A stretch of DNA of 64,000 nucleotides. Source: Nitrospirota bacterium. GTDB lineage: Bacteria; Nitrospirota; UBA9217. The translations under genes were made by a program, and so were the position numbers. Position 1 is the stretch's first letter, and every line of letters begins with the position of its first letter. The stretch lies in assembly GCA_963663225.1 (NCBI GenBank), contig OY760142.1, positions 1,376,001 to 1,440,000 on the forward strand, in the 5' to 3' direction. Of the stretch, positions 30,191 through 39,933 are shown in pieces. Under the pieces are notes generated by a model. It was not told the DNA's origin. It searched no databases and worked only from the letters and a program-made list of their open reading frames with translations.

Positions 30191-30476
30191 TGCAGGATTG
30201 CTTCCTGTACTTCTTATTTTAATCAGCTACACCGGATTGTATGTTTCATCCCGAAACTGAAAATACTTCCTGAAAAGCTGTCTCAACATCGTTGACAGAG
30301 AACAATAAAAAGCCTATATTCGTAACATAATCTTGCATAAATTAATCAGAAGTCGATACCGCCTAACTATGCACACATTTTGCAGTGTTGAATAAACCTG
30401 TAGATATGCGCGTTAACATACGGAGTCTGCTCAATGACTGGTTGAACCATATAAATAAAATAGGGAGGTACTAAAG

Positions 30477-31352
30477 TTGAGATATTTCGTATCAATCATT
30501 TTACTCCTCAGCACAGTCGTGAGCCAGGCAGCGGACACTAATCCTCATCAGGCTTCATTTCACGATCGTGTTATTGCAGTCTATAGCTTCCTCCCGAGGA
30601 CCCTTGACAACCCAAGACTTGAAGCCAAATCCAAGGAACTGGATGCCTTCTGGGAAGAAGTCAAACGTCGTGGCCCTGTGGGACTTAGCGACCTTCGTAA
30701 AGAGCTTGCGAGAGATGACTTGCCGGTGTTCTTCAATTACGATGGCGCAAAACTACTCTTATCCTTATCGAAGTCACGTCAGGACCGTGTTTTGGCTCTC
30801 GCAGCAATAAGTAAGACTGAATTGCGCGATGTCCAGTGGGCCGATTACTTCTATACAGTGCATTCGCTGGCCATGGACGGATTGGACAGTTCGGAGGCCG
30901 CTTTAAAGATTCTGGGAGAGGACAAATACCAAGTCCTTGTTCCACAGCATGCCCTCACACTTAATCAAGAACTCTGTTTGCTTTATTTACTAATGCCCAC
31001 GGATGAGTCTTTCTACCTGGAAAAAGCTGAAAAACGTCTATTTGAAGAAAAGAGCATTACGGCCCAGAAGAGTCTTCTCGGTTTGCTAGGATATTCGGTA
31101 ACACTACGCGGTGACGCTGCGATAGCGCGTTTCGCATCAGACTCGAAGCAGCCTGATGAAGCGCGTACTTACGCAACTAAGATTATCTCGGCCACAAAGT
31201 CTATGGGTTGTGGGTCGATAGTAGGTCTTTCTTTCATCTCCTATACGTCTCTCAAAGAGGATCAGCGTAACCTTTTCGGCCGTGTGAGTGACGAAGCCTT
31301 GTATGATATTAGGCGCGTACAATTAAAGCTTCGCTGTAAAGGTGCTAAATAG
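30477..31352 (+). CDS. Hypothetical secreted alpha-helical protein
   Basis: Signal peptide (SQA-A); TTG start with gggagg RBS. Confidence 0.7.
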   Translation: MRYFVSIILLLSTVVSQAADTNPHQASFHDRVIAVYSFLPRTLDNPRLEAKSKELDAFWEEVKRRGPVGLSDLRKELARDDLPVFFNYDGAKLLLSLSKSRQDRVLALAAISKTELRDVQWADYFYTVHSLAMDGLDSSEAALKILGEDKYQVLVPQHALTLNQELCLLYLLMPTDESFYLEKAEKRLFEEKSITAQKSLLGLLGYSVTLRGDAAIARFASDSKQPDEARTYATKIISATKSMGCGSIVGLSFISYTSLKEDQRNLFGRVSDEALYDIRRVQLKLRCKGAK

Positions 31353-31374
31353 AATAAGGTCCAACAAAACAATC

Positions 31375-31560
31375 CAGTAGGTAGGTTGGGCTGAACGTTC
31401 TTTGTGAAGCCCAACGAATACATGATGCTGTGAACTCTTACATATAACCATGCGCTATCGAAGGGCAAATACACCCGGAGCAATATACTTTTCACAATGG
31501 TATCGGAAACGAATAAAAACCTGTTGGGCTTCAGAATATTCAGCCCAACCTACGTTACTT
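31375..31560. repeat. REPIN-like element type B, copy 1
   Basis: gtaggttgggctgaa...ttcagcccaacctac; 186 bp, 3 mismatches to copy 2 by manual comparison. Confidence 0.9.
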
Positions 31561-31629
31561 TTTCCTGTAAGTCGCAATCTGCAACGGATCGTCGAGATGC
31601 ACAGTACTACTGATATCGTGTAAAATGAT

Positions 31630-32112
31630 ATGGAAAAAAAAGAGGAAAAATCTGGCAGTTTTTATGTTGAGGTACAAGACAAAAGGAAAATATGTTTTCC
31701 TAGAAGATGCATAGTGTGTGGAAAAAATGTGGATAATTCTATGATTGAATTTCCAAGTAACCCCGTTGGTTTTTTTGGTGGCTTTATATGGCAACTAGGT
31801 TTAAGCAAAAAAATATCCATTCCAGCTCATAGGGCATGCGGTTTAAGATTGAAGAGGAACAATTTATTTAGAAATATATCATTGTTTTCTCTAGCCACAA
31901 TTACGTTAGTTATTGGTATTTATCTTGATTTAAGTCGATGGCAAGTATATGGGTTGCTACTCGTTCTTTTGATTCCACCCGTATATTGGCAGGAGAAAAA
32001 TACACCACCTTTTGAATTTAGGCTTGAAGATGAAATATATGAATTTCGATTTGCAGATAAAGAATATGCACAAGAGTTCGCCGATCTTAACGGAGTATCC
32101 ATAAAGAAATAG
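31630..32112 (+). CDS. Hypothetical membrane protein with CxxC and HxxC motifs
   Basis: FPRRCIVCG, PAHRAC, TM segments. Confidence 0.7.
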   Translation: MEKKEEKSGSFYVEVQDKRKICFPRRCIVCGKNVDNSMIEFPSNPVGFFGGFIWQLGLSKKISIPAHRACGLRLKRNNLFRNISLFSLATITLVIGIYLDLSRWQVYGLLLVLLIPPVYWQEKNTPPFEFRLEDEIYEFRFADKEYAQEFADLNGVSIKK

Positions 32113-32318
32113 ACGCATAACATTTCGTTTGATATGGTGTGCGAAAAAAACACTAGCGTGTCAGCCCGGTAGGTGGTCGAATTAATCAATAACATATGCA
32201 AAATGCAAATATTCATATAAAATAATCGTGCCGGAAACTTCCTGTAAATTGCAGCTGGACTCAAATAAGCTAAATAGCAGATTATAATCCAAATTCATTA
32301 ACGATCTATAACTCAAGA

Positions 32319-32504
32319 CAGTAGGTAGGTTGGGCTGAACGTTCTTTGTGAAGCCCAACGAATACATGATGCTGTGAACTCTTACACATAACCATGCGCT
32401 ATCGAAGGGCAAATACACCCGGAGCAATATACTTTTCACAATGGTATCGGAAACGAATAAAAACCTGTTGAGCTTCACAATATTCAGCCCAACCTACGTT
32501 ACTT
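32319..32504. repeat. REPIN-like element type B, copy 2
   Basis: Near-identical direct repeat of 31375-31560. Confidence 0.9.
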
Positions 32505-32676
32505 GAGTTTTCTCTGATGTGATACTTCTTCCTGAAAGTTGTTATCGTTGCATTTCATTGAAACATATAATATTTCAAGCTAATATTTGATAGAATCTAA
32601 ACTAAAAATACCGAATCCGAACCGAATCCTATGGCGTTCATAGACATTTATTTAGCGCAGGCATATATTTTGCCAG

Positions 32677-33117
32677 ATGAGGTTTGGACCAAATAATGAT
32701 TCCTGCATATTGACGATGACTAAAAAGATATTTATCGATAAAGGCGGATACATTCAAGAACGTGTAGAGAATGACAACTCCAGACTTGTTCCATTCCCGG
32801 TTTGCCTTGCCATTAAGTACGGGGATAGTGTGTCTGCAGAGTGTCCCGACTTCATTCTAAGTACCGACGAATCGTGGGTATTCGTGAACACAGATATACC
32901 CCTGTCCGAAGGAACGCGAGTTCTGATTCATTTTTATGTTCCACCGGAAATTAAATTGCTAGCTGAAATACCAGGCACGGTATCGACTCCGAATTTGGAT
33001 AATTCAGCATATCCAAAAGGAGTTCTGGTAAAATTTAGCGCTGTTTCTCGCAAGACGATCAAACTCCTAGAAGGTTATATTGAAGGGAAAAAGCTTTTAA
33101 TCGATAAAAAAGCATAG
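32677..33117 (+). CDS. PilZ-like domain protein
   Basis: VFVNTDIPLSEGT.V.IHF..P...G.V....KGVLVKF. Confidence 0.6.
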   Translation: MRFGPNNDSCILTMTKKIFIDKGGYIQERVENDNSRLVPFPVCLAIKYGDSVSAECPDFILSTDESWVFVNTDIPLSEGTRVLIHFYVPPEIKLLAEIPGTVSTPNLDNSAYPKGVLVKFSAVSRKTIKLLEGYIEGKKLLIDKKA

Positions 33118-33177
33118 CGACAATTTCTTCCTGTAGAAGTGATTTTTTAAATCCTAAGAAGAGTGAGTAGTACAACC

Positions 33178-33360
33178 AGTCGGTAGGTCGGGTAGAGCAG
33201 AACGAAACCCGACAGTTTTGATTATGGTATCGGCGCAGAATATGAAAACTAACAAGACATAAAAAAGACGTTGGGTTTCACGTTGTTCTACCCAAACTAC
33301 TAACTTTCTCTCGAGAAACAGAAAAGGCTCAAGGAGCAGGTGGGACGGTAATAAGAAGTG
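33178..33360. repeat. REPIN-like element type A, copy 2, plus gene-end tail
   Basis: Diverged direct repeat of 29566-29750. Confidence 0.85.
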
Positions 33361-33479
33361 TTTCCTCGCGATCAACGAGTCGCTGCACAGTTCAATTAGT
33401 TCTGCGTTGAGATGAACCCGCAGAATGAAGTTAGAAAAAAAGATTAAGAATAAAACGATTCCATCTTTTTTCTTGACAT

Positions 33480-33526
33480 CTACTACATATTGAGTTTAAA
33501 TTAAGCCACTATACAATATAGTGTAT
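33480..33526 (+). promoter_or_regulatory. Tandem NrdR boxes overlapping sigma70 promoter (TTGACA 33473-33478)
   Basis: ctactacatattgagt (33480-33495) and atacaatatagtgtat (33511-33526) fit acaCwAtATaTwGtgt; 31-bp spacing. Confidence 0.8.
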
Positions 33527-33559
33527 TATTGCTTCTAGATTCTAGCTACAATCTCAGCT

Positions 33560-33775
33560 AAAAAGGAGGTGATATTCCTTTAGAACTGAACTGTTGAAAT
33601 GAAATGCTGTACAGCTGAACCGATTGGATGTTAGGGAAGAAGAGTGTAATTCTCTCGCTGCCCCGCAGCCGTAAAGGGAACGAAAGCCCAACCAGACGCC
33701 ACTGTCACGGGTCATACCGTGATGGGAAGGCGGGTGAGTAGGATGCCCTGAGCCGGAAGACCTGTCCTAGTCGGA
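33560..33775 (+). ncRNA. Cobalamin riboswitch
   Basis: AGGGAA..GAGTGtAAtTCtc.CTGCCCC..GCCGT, GCCACTG, GGGAAGG and B12 box GAGCCGGAAGACCTG; 5' boundary approximate. Confidence 0.9.
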
Positions 33776-33813
33776 ACCCAACTTAAATCGTGATTTTTCC
33801 CGAGGGAGGAAAG

Positions 33814-33927
33814 ATGAACAAACTATCTTGCCAAAAGTGTTATTCCTTACTGCTTCGAAATCCAGTTTTCCATGCCGCTGCTTCTGTCTCGCCAAGCACT
33901 GTTAAACCAGATATCCATATGGCGTAG
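33814..33927 (+). CDS. Putative 37-aa leader ORF MNKLSCQKCYSLLLRNPVFHAAASVSPSTVKPDIHMA
   Basis: Strong RBS gagggagga directly after riboswitch. Confidence 0.4.
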   Translation: MNKLSCQKCYSLLLRNPVFHAAASVSPSTVKPDIHMA

Positions 33928-34062
33928 CTGAGATTGCGCTAGATCGCGCGTAGTCCGGTTGCCAAGATGCTGTAATTTTTTACAGTGGAAAGCGGTGAGC
34001 GGGTTTTTTTGAGAAACACTAAGCAGCAGACATGATAATTAAACAAAACTGGAGGATTTGAG

Positions 34063-36222
34063 ATGAAAACATATGCTTATGGATTACCCCGGCTTGGTCA
34101 GCACAGAGAGTATAAAAAAGCAATCGAGGCTCTGTGGAAAGGTACAATCAATGAAAAAAAGACCATTAGTATTTTATCCGAAATTCAAAACGACAATATA
34201 GCATTGTATAAGAAAAATGTAGATATGTTCCCTGACGGGGAAATGACTTTTTATGATCCCATGCTTGATACGGCTATAATGTGCGGCGTCTATGACCCTC
34301 AGAGTTTACCTGAATATTATGGGCTCTGTCGCGGACAGAATGCCCTGGAAATGACAAAATGGTTCAACACAAACTACCATTATCTGGTTCCAGATTTCAG
34401 CAATATAAAAACACCGTCGTTTAAGTCAAACAGCAAAAATCCCATTCTCCAATTCAAACAAAGTCAATTTCCACATTTGATAGGGCCTTTTACGTTTCTC
34501 AAACTGGCCAGAGGGCTTGATAAAAAGAATTTCCGAATTTTTTTCATGGAGCTGATAAAGGTATATGAAGAAATTCTCTTTGATTATGAAAAGGTTCAGA
34601 TTGATGAGCCAGCCTTCGTCATGGATGTTGAGCGATACGAAGTCGATTTGCTTAACGAAGGGTACCAACTGCTGGAGGCGTCCGAATGCAAAATAACGCT
34701 TATGACCTATTACGATTCCGTGGATTTTATGGAGGACCTGCTGTCTCTTCCTGTTTCTGCAATAGGCATTGACTTCGTGCGAGGTGGGGCAAGCTATGAA
34801 TACATCATGCAGAACGGTTTTCCGGGAGACAAAACCCTCATTGCAGGGCTGGTGAATGGACGCAATATTTGAAAAAATGATATCAGCACTACGGTTGCAA
34901 GGTTAAAAAGACTTGCCGGTAAAGCATCGAATCTTATGATTTCTAACGCAGCACCACTGTACCATTTGCCGGTTTCCATTTTTTATGAAAACAAGCTTGA
35001 TGAAAATTTAAAAAAATGCCTCTCTTTTGCCGTGGAGAAACTGGAAGAAATCCGGCTGGCAGGTGAATGTTATGAAGGAAAAGAAATCCCTCACAAGGCG
35101 GCATGGGGAAATTTCGGCAGCGATGAAGAGGTCCGTAAGCGAGTGACTTCGCTGGGTGAAGATGATTTTATAAAAAAGACTAAGCTTGAAGCAAGAAGAA
35201 AGCTGCACGAGAGCATATTGCAATTGCCGGTATTTCCGACGACGACCATCGGCAGCTATCCGCAAACCGCCGAAATCCGCGATAAAAGAGCCGCCTACCG
35301 TGCAGGAAAGTCAACAACAGGGGAATATAAAAAATATATTCAAGGTGAAATCGATAGCGTAATACGATTTCAAGAAGATTTAGGGCTGGATGTCCTGGTG
35401 CATGGAGAGTTCGAGCGAACTGACATGGTCGAGTTTTTTGCCGAAAGACTTTTCGGCATCGCCACGACGCAAAGCGGATGGGTGTTATCATACGGAACCA
35501 GAGCATACCGGCCTCCCATTATTTACGGTGATATCAGCAGACCAGGCCCCATGACGCTTGACGAAGTTACCCATGCGCAATCAAGAACAAAAAAGCCGGT
35601 TAAAGGAATGTTGACTGGAGCGGTCACTATCATCGCCTGGAGCTATTGTCGGGAAGATATTCCTATGTCGGATGTGGCTTATCAGATTTCCCTGGCGCTC
35701 AGAGATGAAATACTTGATTATGAAAAAGCAGGTATAAAAATTGTTCAAGTTGATGAAGCCGCTTTCCGGGAAAAAGCCCCGATAAAGAAGCGCGACTGGG
35801 GCCAGTATTTTAATTGGGCGGTAAAATCATTTAACCTGGCAACGAATACAAATCCGAAAACTCAAATACATACACACATGTGTTACTCGGATTTCAGCGA
35901 GATTCTCCCTTATATCAATCAAATGGATTGTGATGTCATTTCCATTGAGGCAGCCAGAAGCAATGGAAACATTATTTCATCGTTTGAAGGAATAAACTTC
36001 AAGCGTCAGATCGGGATCGGGGTATGGGATATCCATTCGTCAGCTGTTCCTTCTGTCGAGAAAATGATTACTGTTGTCAGGAGATCCTTGCTTAATATTC
36101 CGAAAAACAATTTTTGGCTGAATCCCGACTGTGGGTTAAAAACGCGGGAGTGGCCGGAAACGAAGGAGGCATTACGCAATCTTATGGAAGCATCCAGACG
36201 ATTGCGATCAACTTATTCATAG
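34063..36222 (+). pseudogene. metE: Cobalamin-independent methionine synthase interrupted by in-frame TGA at 34870-34872
   Basis: EMTKWFNTNYHY, GRNI*K, PTTTIGSYPQT, HGEFERTDMV, HTHMC, NPDCGLKTR; both halves in the same frame. Confidence 0.85.
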
Positions 36223-36240
36223 CCGGAAAAAGGAGGCATT

Positions 36241-38337
36241 ATGTTTCAAAAGATTCTTAAACGAGACGGAACGATGGCAGATTTTGACGCCCGCAAGATA
36301 TCGGATGCGATTGCGAAGGCAGGTGTGGCTAGCGACGAGTTTGATTCTGCTGTGGCAGCAAAGCTGACGTTCAGAGTGCTGAGCATAGCTGAGCAGGCCA
36401 TTGCTACCGATCTTCCTTCGGTTGAAGCGATACAGGACATTGTAGAAGAAGTACTTATTGCATCGCCATACCGGAAGACGGCAAAAGCATATATTATCTA
36501 CCGCGAGCAGCATGCCAGGCTGAGGAACATTGTGGCCAAAGCAAACATTGATTTAGTTGACCAGTATCTCAACCAGATTGATTGGCGGGTAAATGAGAAC
36601 AGCAACATGGCATTTTCCCTTCAAGGGTTGAATAATTATGTTTCCTCAGAAATCAGCAGCAGTTACTGGCTGAATCATATTTATCCATCGGAAATTCGCA
36701 ATGCTCATATCGAAGGTGATTTTCACATCCACGACCTGAATTTGCTATCCGTCTACTGCGTCGGATGGGACCTTCATGACCTCCTTATGGAAGGATTCAG
36801 AGGCGTGCCGGGCAAGGTTGAGAGCGGCCCGGCAAAGCACTTAAGGAGCGCACTCGGCCAGGTTGTCAATTTTTTTTACACGCTTCAGGGCGAGGCTGCG
36901 GGAGCCCAGGCTTTTTCCAATTTTGACACACTGCTGGCTCCGTTTATACGGTACGACGGGCTCGACTTTAACGAAGTAAAGCAGGCTCTTCAGGAATTTG
37001 TCTTCAATGTCAATGTCCCGACCCGGGTGGGTTTTCAGACGCCGTTTACGAATGTGTCTTTTGACCTGGAAGTGCCTCGAACATTTACGAATCAACCCGT
37101 AATTATAGGCGGCAGGGCCCAGAACGAAACATATCGGGAATTTCAAGAGGAGATGAACCTGTTCAACAGGGCGTTTCTTGAGGTCATGTTCGAGGGAGAC
37201 GCCGGCGGCCGGGTGTTCACGTTCCCGATACCGACCTATAATATCACGAAGGATTTTCATTGGGATAACAAACAACTCGACATCTTGTGGAAGGTGACCG
37301 CGCGATATGGTGTGCCGTATTTCTCAAACTTTGTGAATTCAGACATGGCCCCGGAAGATGCACGCTCCATGTGCTGCCGTTTGCGGCTTGATAACCGTGA
37401 ACTCCGCAAGCGAGGCGGAGGATTGTTCGGTTCAAGTCCTCTTACCGGGTCAATCGGTGTTGTGACGATCAATATGCCGCGGTTGGGCTACTTGTCCGGC
37501 AGCCAGGACGAATTCATCACGCTGCTCGACAAAAAGCTGGTCCTTGCAAAATCAAGCCTTGAAATAAAAAGAAAAGTGCTGGAGCGCTTTACAGAAGGAA
37601 ACCTGTATCCATATGCGAAGCATTATTTACGCGACGTTCGCCGTCGCTCAGGAAAGTACTGGATGAACCATTTCTCGACCATCGGGTTAGTGGGCATGAA
37701 TGAAGCGTGCGAGAACTTGTTTGGTAAAAACATCGGGTCTGAAGAAGGTCGGCATTTTGCCGTCAGAGTTCTGGATTACATGAGGCAAAGACTGGTTGAT
37801 TTTCAGGAAGAAACTGAAAATTATTATAACCTGGAAGCCACCCCTGCAGAAGGAACAAGTTACCGCCTCGCGCGGCTCGATGTGGAGCGTTTTCCAGGAA
37901 TCATGTGCACAAACCGGCGAGGACAGGAGTCGGGAATCTCGCCGTTTTATACGAATTCTTCTCAGCTGCCAGTAAACTATACCGATGATATTTTCGAATT
38001 TCTCGATCTTCAGGACGAAATCCAGTCGAAATATACGGGTGGAACGGTACTGCATATCTTTGCGGGCGAGCGTGTCAAGGAGCATGAAGTGATTAAAAAC
38101 CTCGTGCGCAAAGTATGTGAAAACTATCGCCTTCCCTATTTTACATTTACGCCGACGTTCTCCATTTGTCCCGAACATAATTATCTTGCCGGTGAACAGA
38201 ATGAGTGCCCTATATGTGGCAGAAAAACAGAGGTTTATTCGCGTGTTGTCGGCTATTTGCGGCCGGTCGCCCAGTGGAACAAGGGCAAACAGGAAGAATT
38301 CAAGTACCGAAAGGAATTTTCCATCACATGCTCATAG
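36241..38337 (+). CDS. nrdD: Class III anaerobic ribonucleoside-triphosphate reductase with ATP cone
   Basis: KRDG ATP cone, SMCCRL, EATPAEG, CPxH/CPxC, SRVVGYLRP glycyl radical motif. Confidence 0.95.
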   Translation: MFQKILKRDGTMADFDARKISDAIAKAGVASDEFDSAVAAKLTFRVLSIAEQAIATDLPSVEAIQDIVEEVLIASPYRKTAKAYIIYREQHARLRNIVAKANIDLVDQYLNQIDWRVNENSNMAFSLQGLNNYVSSEISSSYWLNHIYPSEIRNAHIEGDFHIHDLNLLSVYCVGWDLHDLLMEGFRGVPGKVESGPAKHLRSALGQVVNFFYTLQGEAAGAQAFSNFDTLLAPFIRYDGLDFNEVKQALQEFVFNVNVPTRVGFQTPFTNVSFDLEVPRTFTNQPVIIGGRAQNETYREFQEEMNLFNRAFLEVMFEGDAGGRVFTFPIPTYNITKDFHWDNKQLDILWKVTARYGVPYFSNFVNSDMAPEDARSMCCRLRLDNRELRKRGGGLFGSSPLTGSIGVVTINMPRLGYLSGSQDEFITLLDKKLVLAKSSLEIKRKVLERFTEGNLYPYAKHYLRDVRRRSGKYWMNHFSTIGLVGMNEACENLFGKNIGSEEGRHFAVRVLDYMRQRLVDFQEETENYYNLEATPAEGTSYRLARLDVERFPGIMCTNRRGQESGISPFYTNSSQLPVNYTDDIFEFLDLQDEIQSKYTGGTVLHIFAGERVKEHEVIKNLVRKVCENYRLPYFTFTPTFSICPEHNYLAGEQNECPICGRKTEVYSRVVGYLRPVAQWNKGKQEEFKYRKEFSITCS

Positions 38338-38478
38338 ACGGGCCTCAAAAATGGCTACGAAAGTCGTGAAAATAGTGAGATTACAAGGAAGAAAACCCGA
38401 GAAGAACGAATAGAGATAGGTTATTAGCAGAGGCATGAGAAGAATACGAACGGAACTCCGATGGAGGAAGCAGGTACT

Positions 38479-38874
38479 ATGAAGAAACTCATTTTAAGTT
38501 TTGCTGTTTCCCTTATATTGTTGTCAGGCTGTGCTGTGCCTATCATTGTAGGCGCAGGACTGGGAGCAGGGACCGTTGTATATATCAAAGGGTGGCTGGA
38601 GGAGAGCATATCTCACCCTGTCCTCGCAACTTATCAAGCGACATTAAGCGCCTTAAAAGATATGAGGCTCTTAATTATGGAAAAACGAGGTGATATGGCC
38701 ACAGCAAATATTAAAGCAATATTCTCTGATGATAAGCATGTATGGATCGAAATGGAGGCTGTGGGAACCGATGCTTGCACTCTTAAAATCAGAGTCGGAA
38801 CCTTCGGTGATGAACAGCGATCCAGAATGATTTTATCTGAAATTAGGAAGCGGTTGTCTAATAAGCATGAATAA
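38479..38874 (+). CDS. DUF3568-like lipoprotein
   Basis: LSGC lipobox, GAGTVVYIKG, IRVGTFGDE. Confidence 0.7.
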   Translation: MKKLILSFAVSLILLSGCAVPIIVGAGLGAGTVVYIKGWLEESISHPVLATYQATLSALKDMRLLIMEKRGDMATANIKAIFSDDKHVWIEMEAVGTDACTLKIRVGTFGDEQRSRMILSEIRKRLSNKHE

Positions 38875-38990
38875 ATAAAATATGCAGGCAAATGAAAGGC
38901 GCAAGTACAATGACGGATCACAAGATTTCCAATATCTAATCTGGGCTCCAAGCGGCAATTTTCATATTTAAGGAAGGAATTCATTGCTCC

Positions 38991-39596
38991 ATGCTCATAG
39001 GTGGACTGCAAAAATGTTCATTGGTCGATTATCCGGGAAAAGTCAGCGCTGTCGTGTTTACCCAGGGCTGCAATTTCCGGTGCCCCTATTGCCATAATCC
39101 CGCACTTGTGTATCCATCCGAATATACGACACCGATTCCGGAAGACGAGGTGTTGTTTTTTTTACAGAAAAGACGGTTTTTGCTCGATGGTGTGGTGATA
39201 AGCGGCGGAGAGGCGCTTCTGCAGGAAGATTTGATCGGTTTTTTGAAGCATATAAAAGCATTGGGGTATCCGGTTAAATTGGATACCAATGGCAGCCGGC
39301 CGGATGAGTTGAATAAAGCCATTAGAGAAAAATGTATTGATTACGTTGCAATGGATATTAAAGCTCCATTTTATAAGTATTCGATAGTGGCAGGTGTGAA
39401 GGTTGATATCGATGCCATACAAGAAAGTATCACTGCTATTATACGATCTGGCCTAAATTATCAATTTAGAACTACCAACGCAAAAAATTTCTTAGACGAA
39501 AAAGATATAGAACTGATTCGTGAATATACCGGTAGAACAGAAAGTTACGTTGTCCAAGAGATGAACCCTTATGCTAAATTTAAAAGGATTGAATGA
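38991..39596 (+). CDS. nrdG: Anaerobic RNR activating radical SAM enzyme
   Basis: SLVDYPG, GCNFRCPYCHN, SGGE, KLDTNG. Confidence 0.92.
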   Translation: MLIGGLQKCSLVDYPGKVSAVVFTQGCNFRCPYCHNPALVYPSEYTTPIPEDEVLFFLQKRRFLLDGVVISGGEALLQEDLIGFLKHIKALGYPVKLDTNGSRPDELNKAIREKCIDYVAMDIKAPFYKYSIVAGVKVDIDAIQESITAIIRSGLNYQFRTTNAKNFLDEKDIELIREYTGRTESYVVQEMNPYAKFKRIE

Positions 39597-39933
39597 CGAA
39601 CGAGAATCTTAATTGTGATATCATAGCATGCAAATCCTTAGATTAAAGCTAGGCGCTGCGGGCAGATTGCCGCAATTCTCTATCTTAGTTGTAGCGTTTC
39701 AAATGAAGATTTCGCATCTCTTTGCTGTATCCTGGTTGCCGGAGTCAGTATACAAAAGTACCATTCGCTGCTGTTTCTGCGCACGTGTTTCTTCCTGCCG
39801 TTGACTCCTGCAGCCGTCACTGCTACCATTGTAAAGAGAGACGAAAGCGGGAAAACACGGTTGCCTGATGATCAGGGCAATGGGAGACAGCGCCATGCAT
39901 GAGTTGATGAAACACCGTGAAAATAAACGAACC

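Noticed and set aside
31262-32478. Duplicated minus-strand ORFs containing KSILLRVYLPFDSAW
   Set aside because: They arise from reading through the REPIN type B repeats
29566-33360. CRISPR array or integron attC sites
   Set aside because: Repeats are ~185 bp with gene-sized spacers and GTAG REP ends; no RYYYAAC/GTTRRRY attC pairs, cas or intI seen
33561-33600. Strong SD AAAGGAGGTGAT suggesting a small ORF
   Set aside because: No suitable start codon follows; it fits the 5' AGGTG strand of the cobalamin riboswitch
34870-34872. Genetic code 4/25 or selenocysteine recoding
   Set aside because: TGA terminates many genes in the window, TGG is used for Trp, and the aligned residue is Trp rather than Cys
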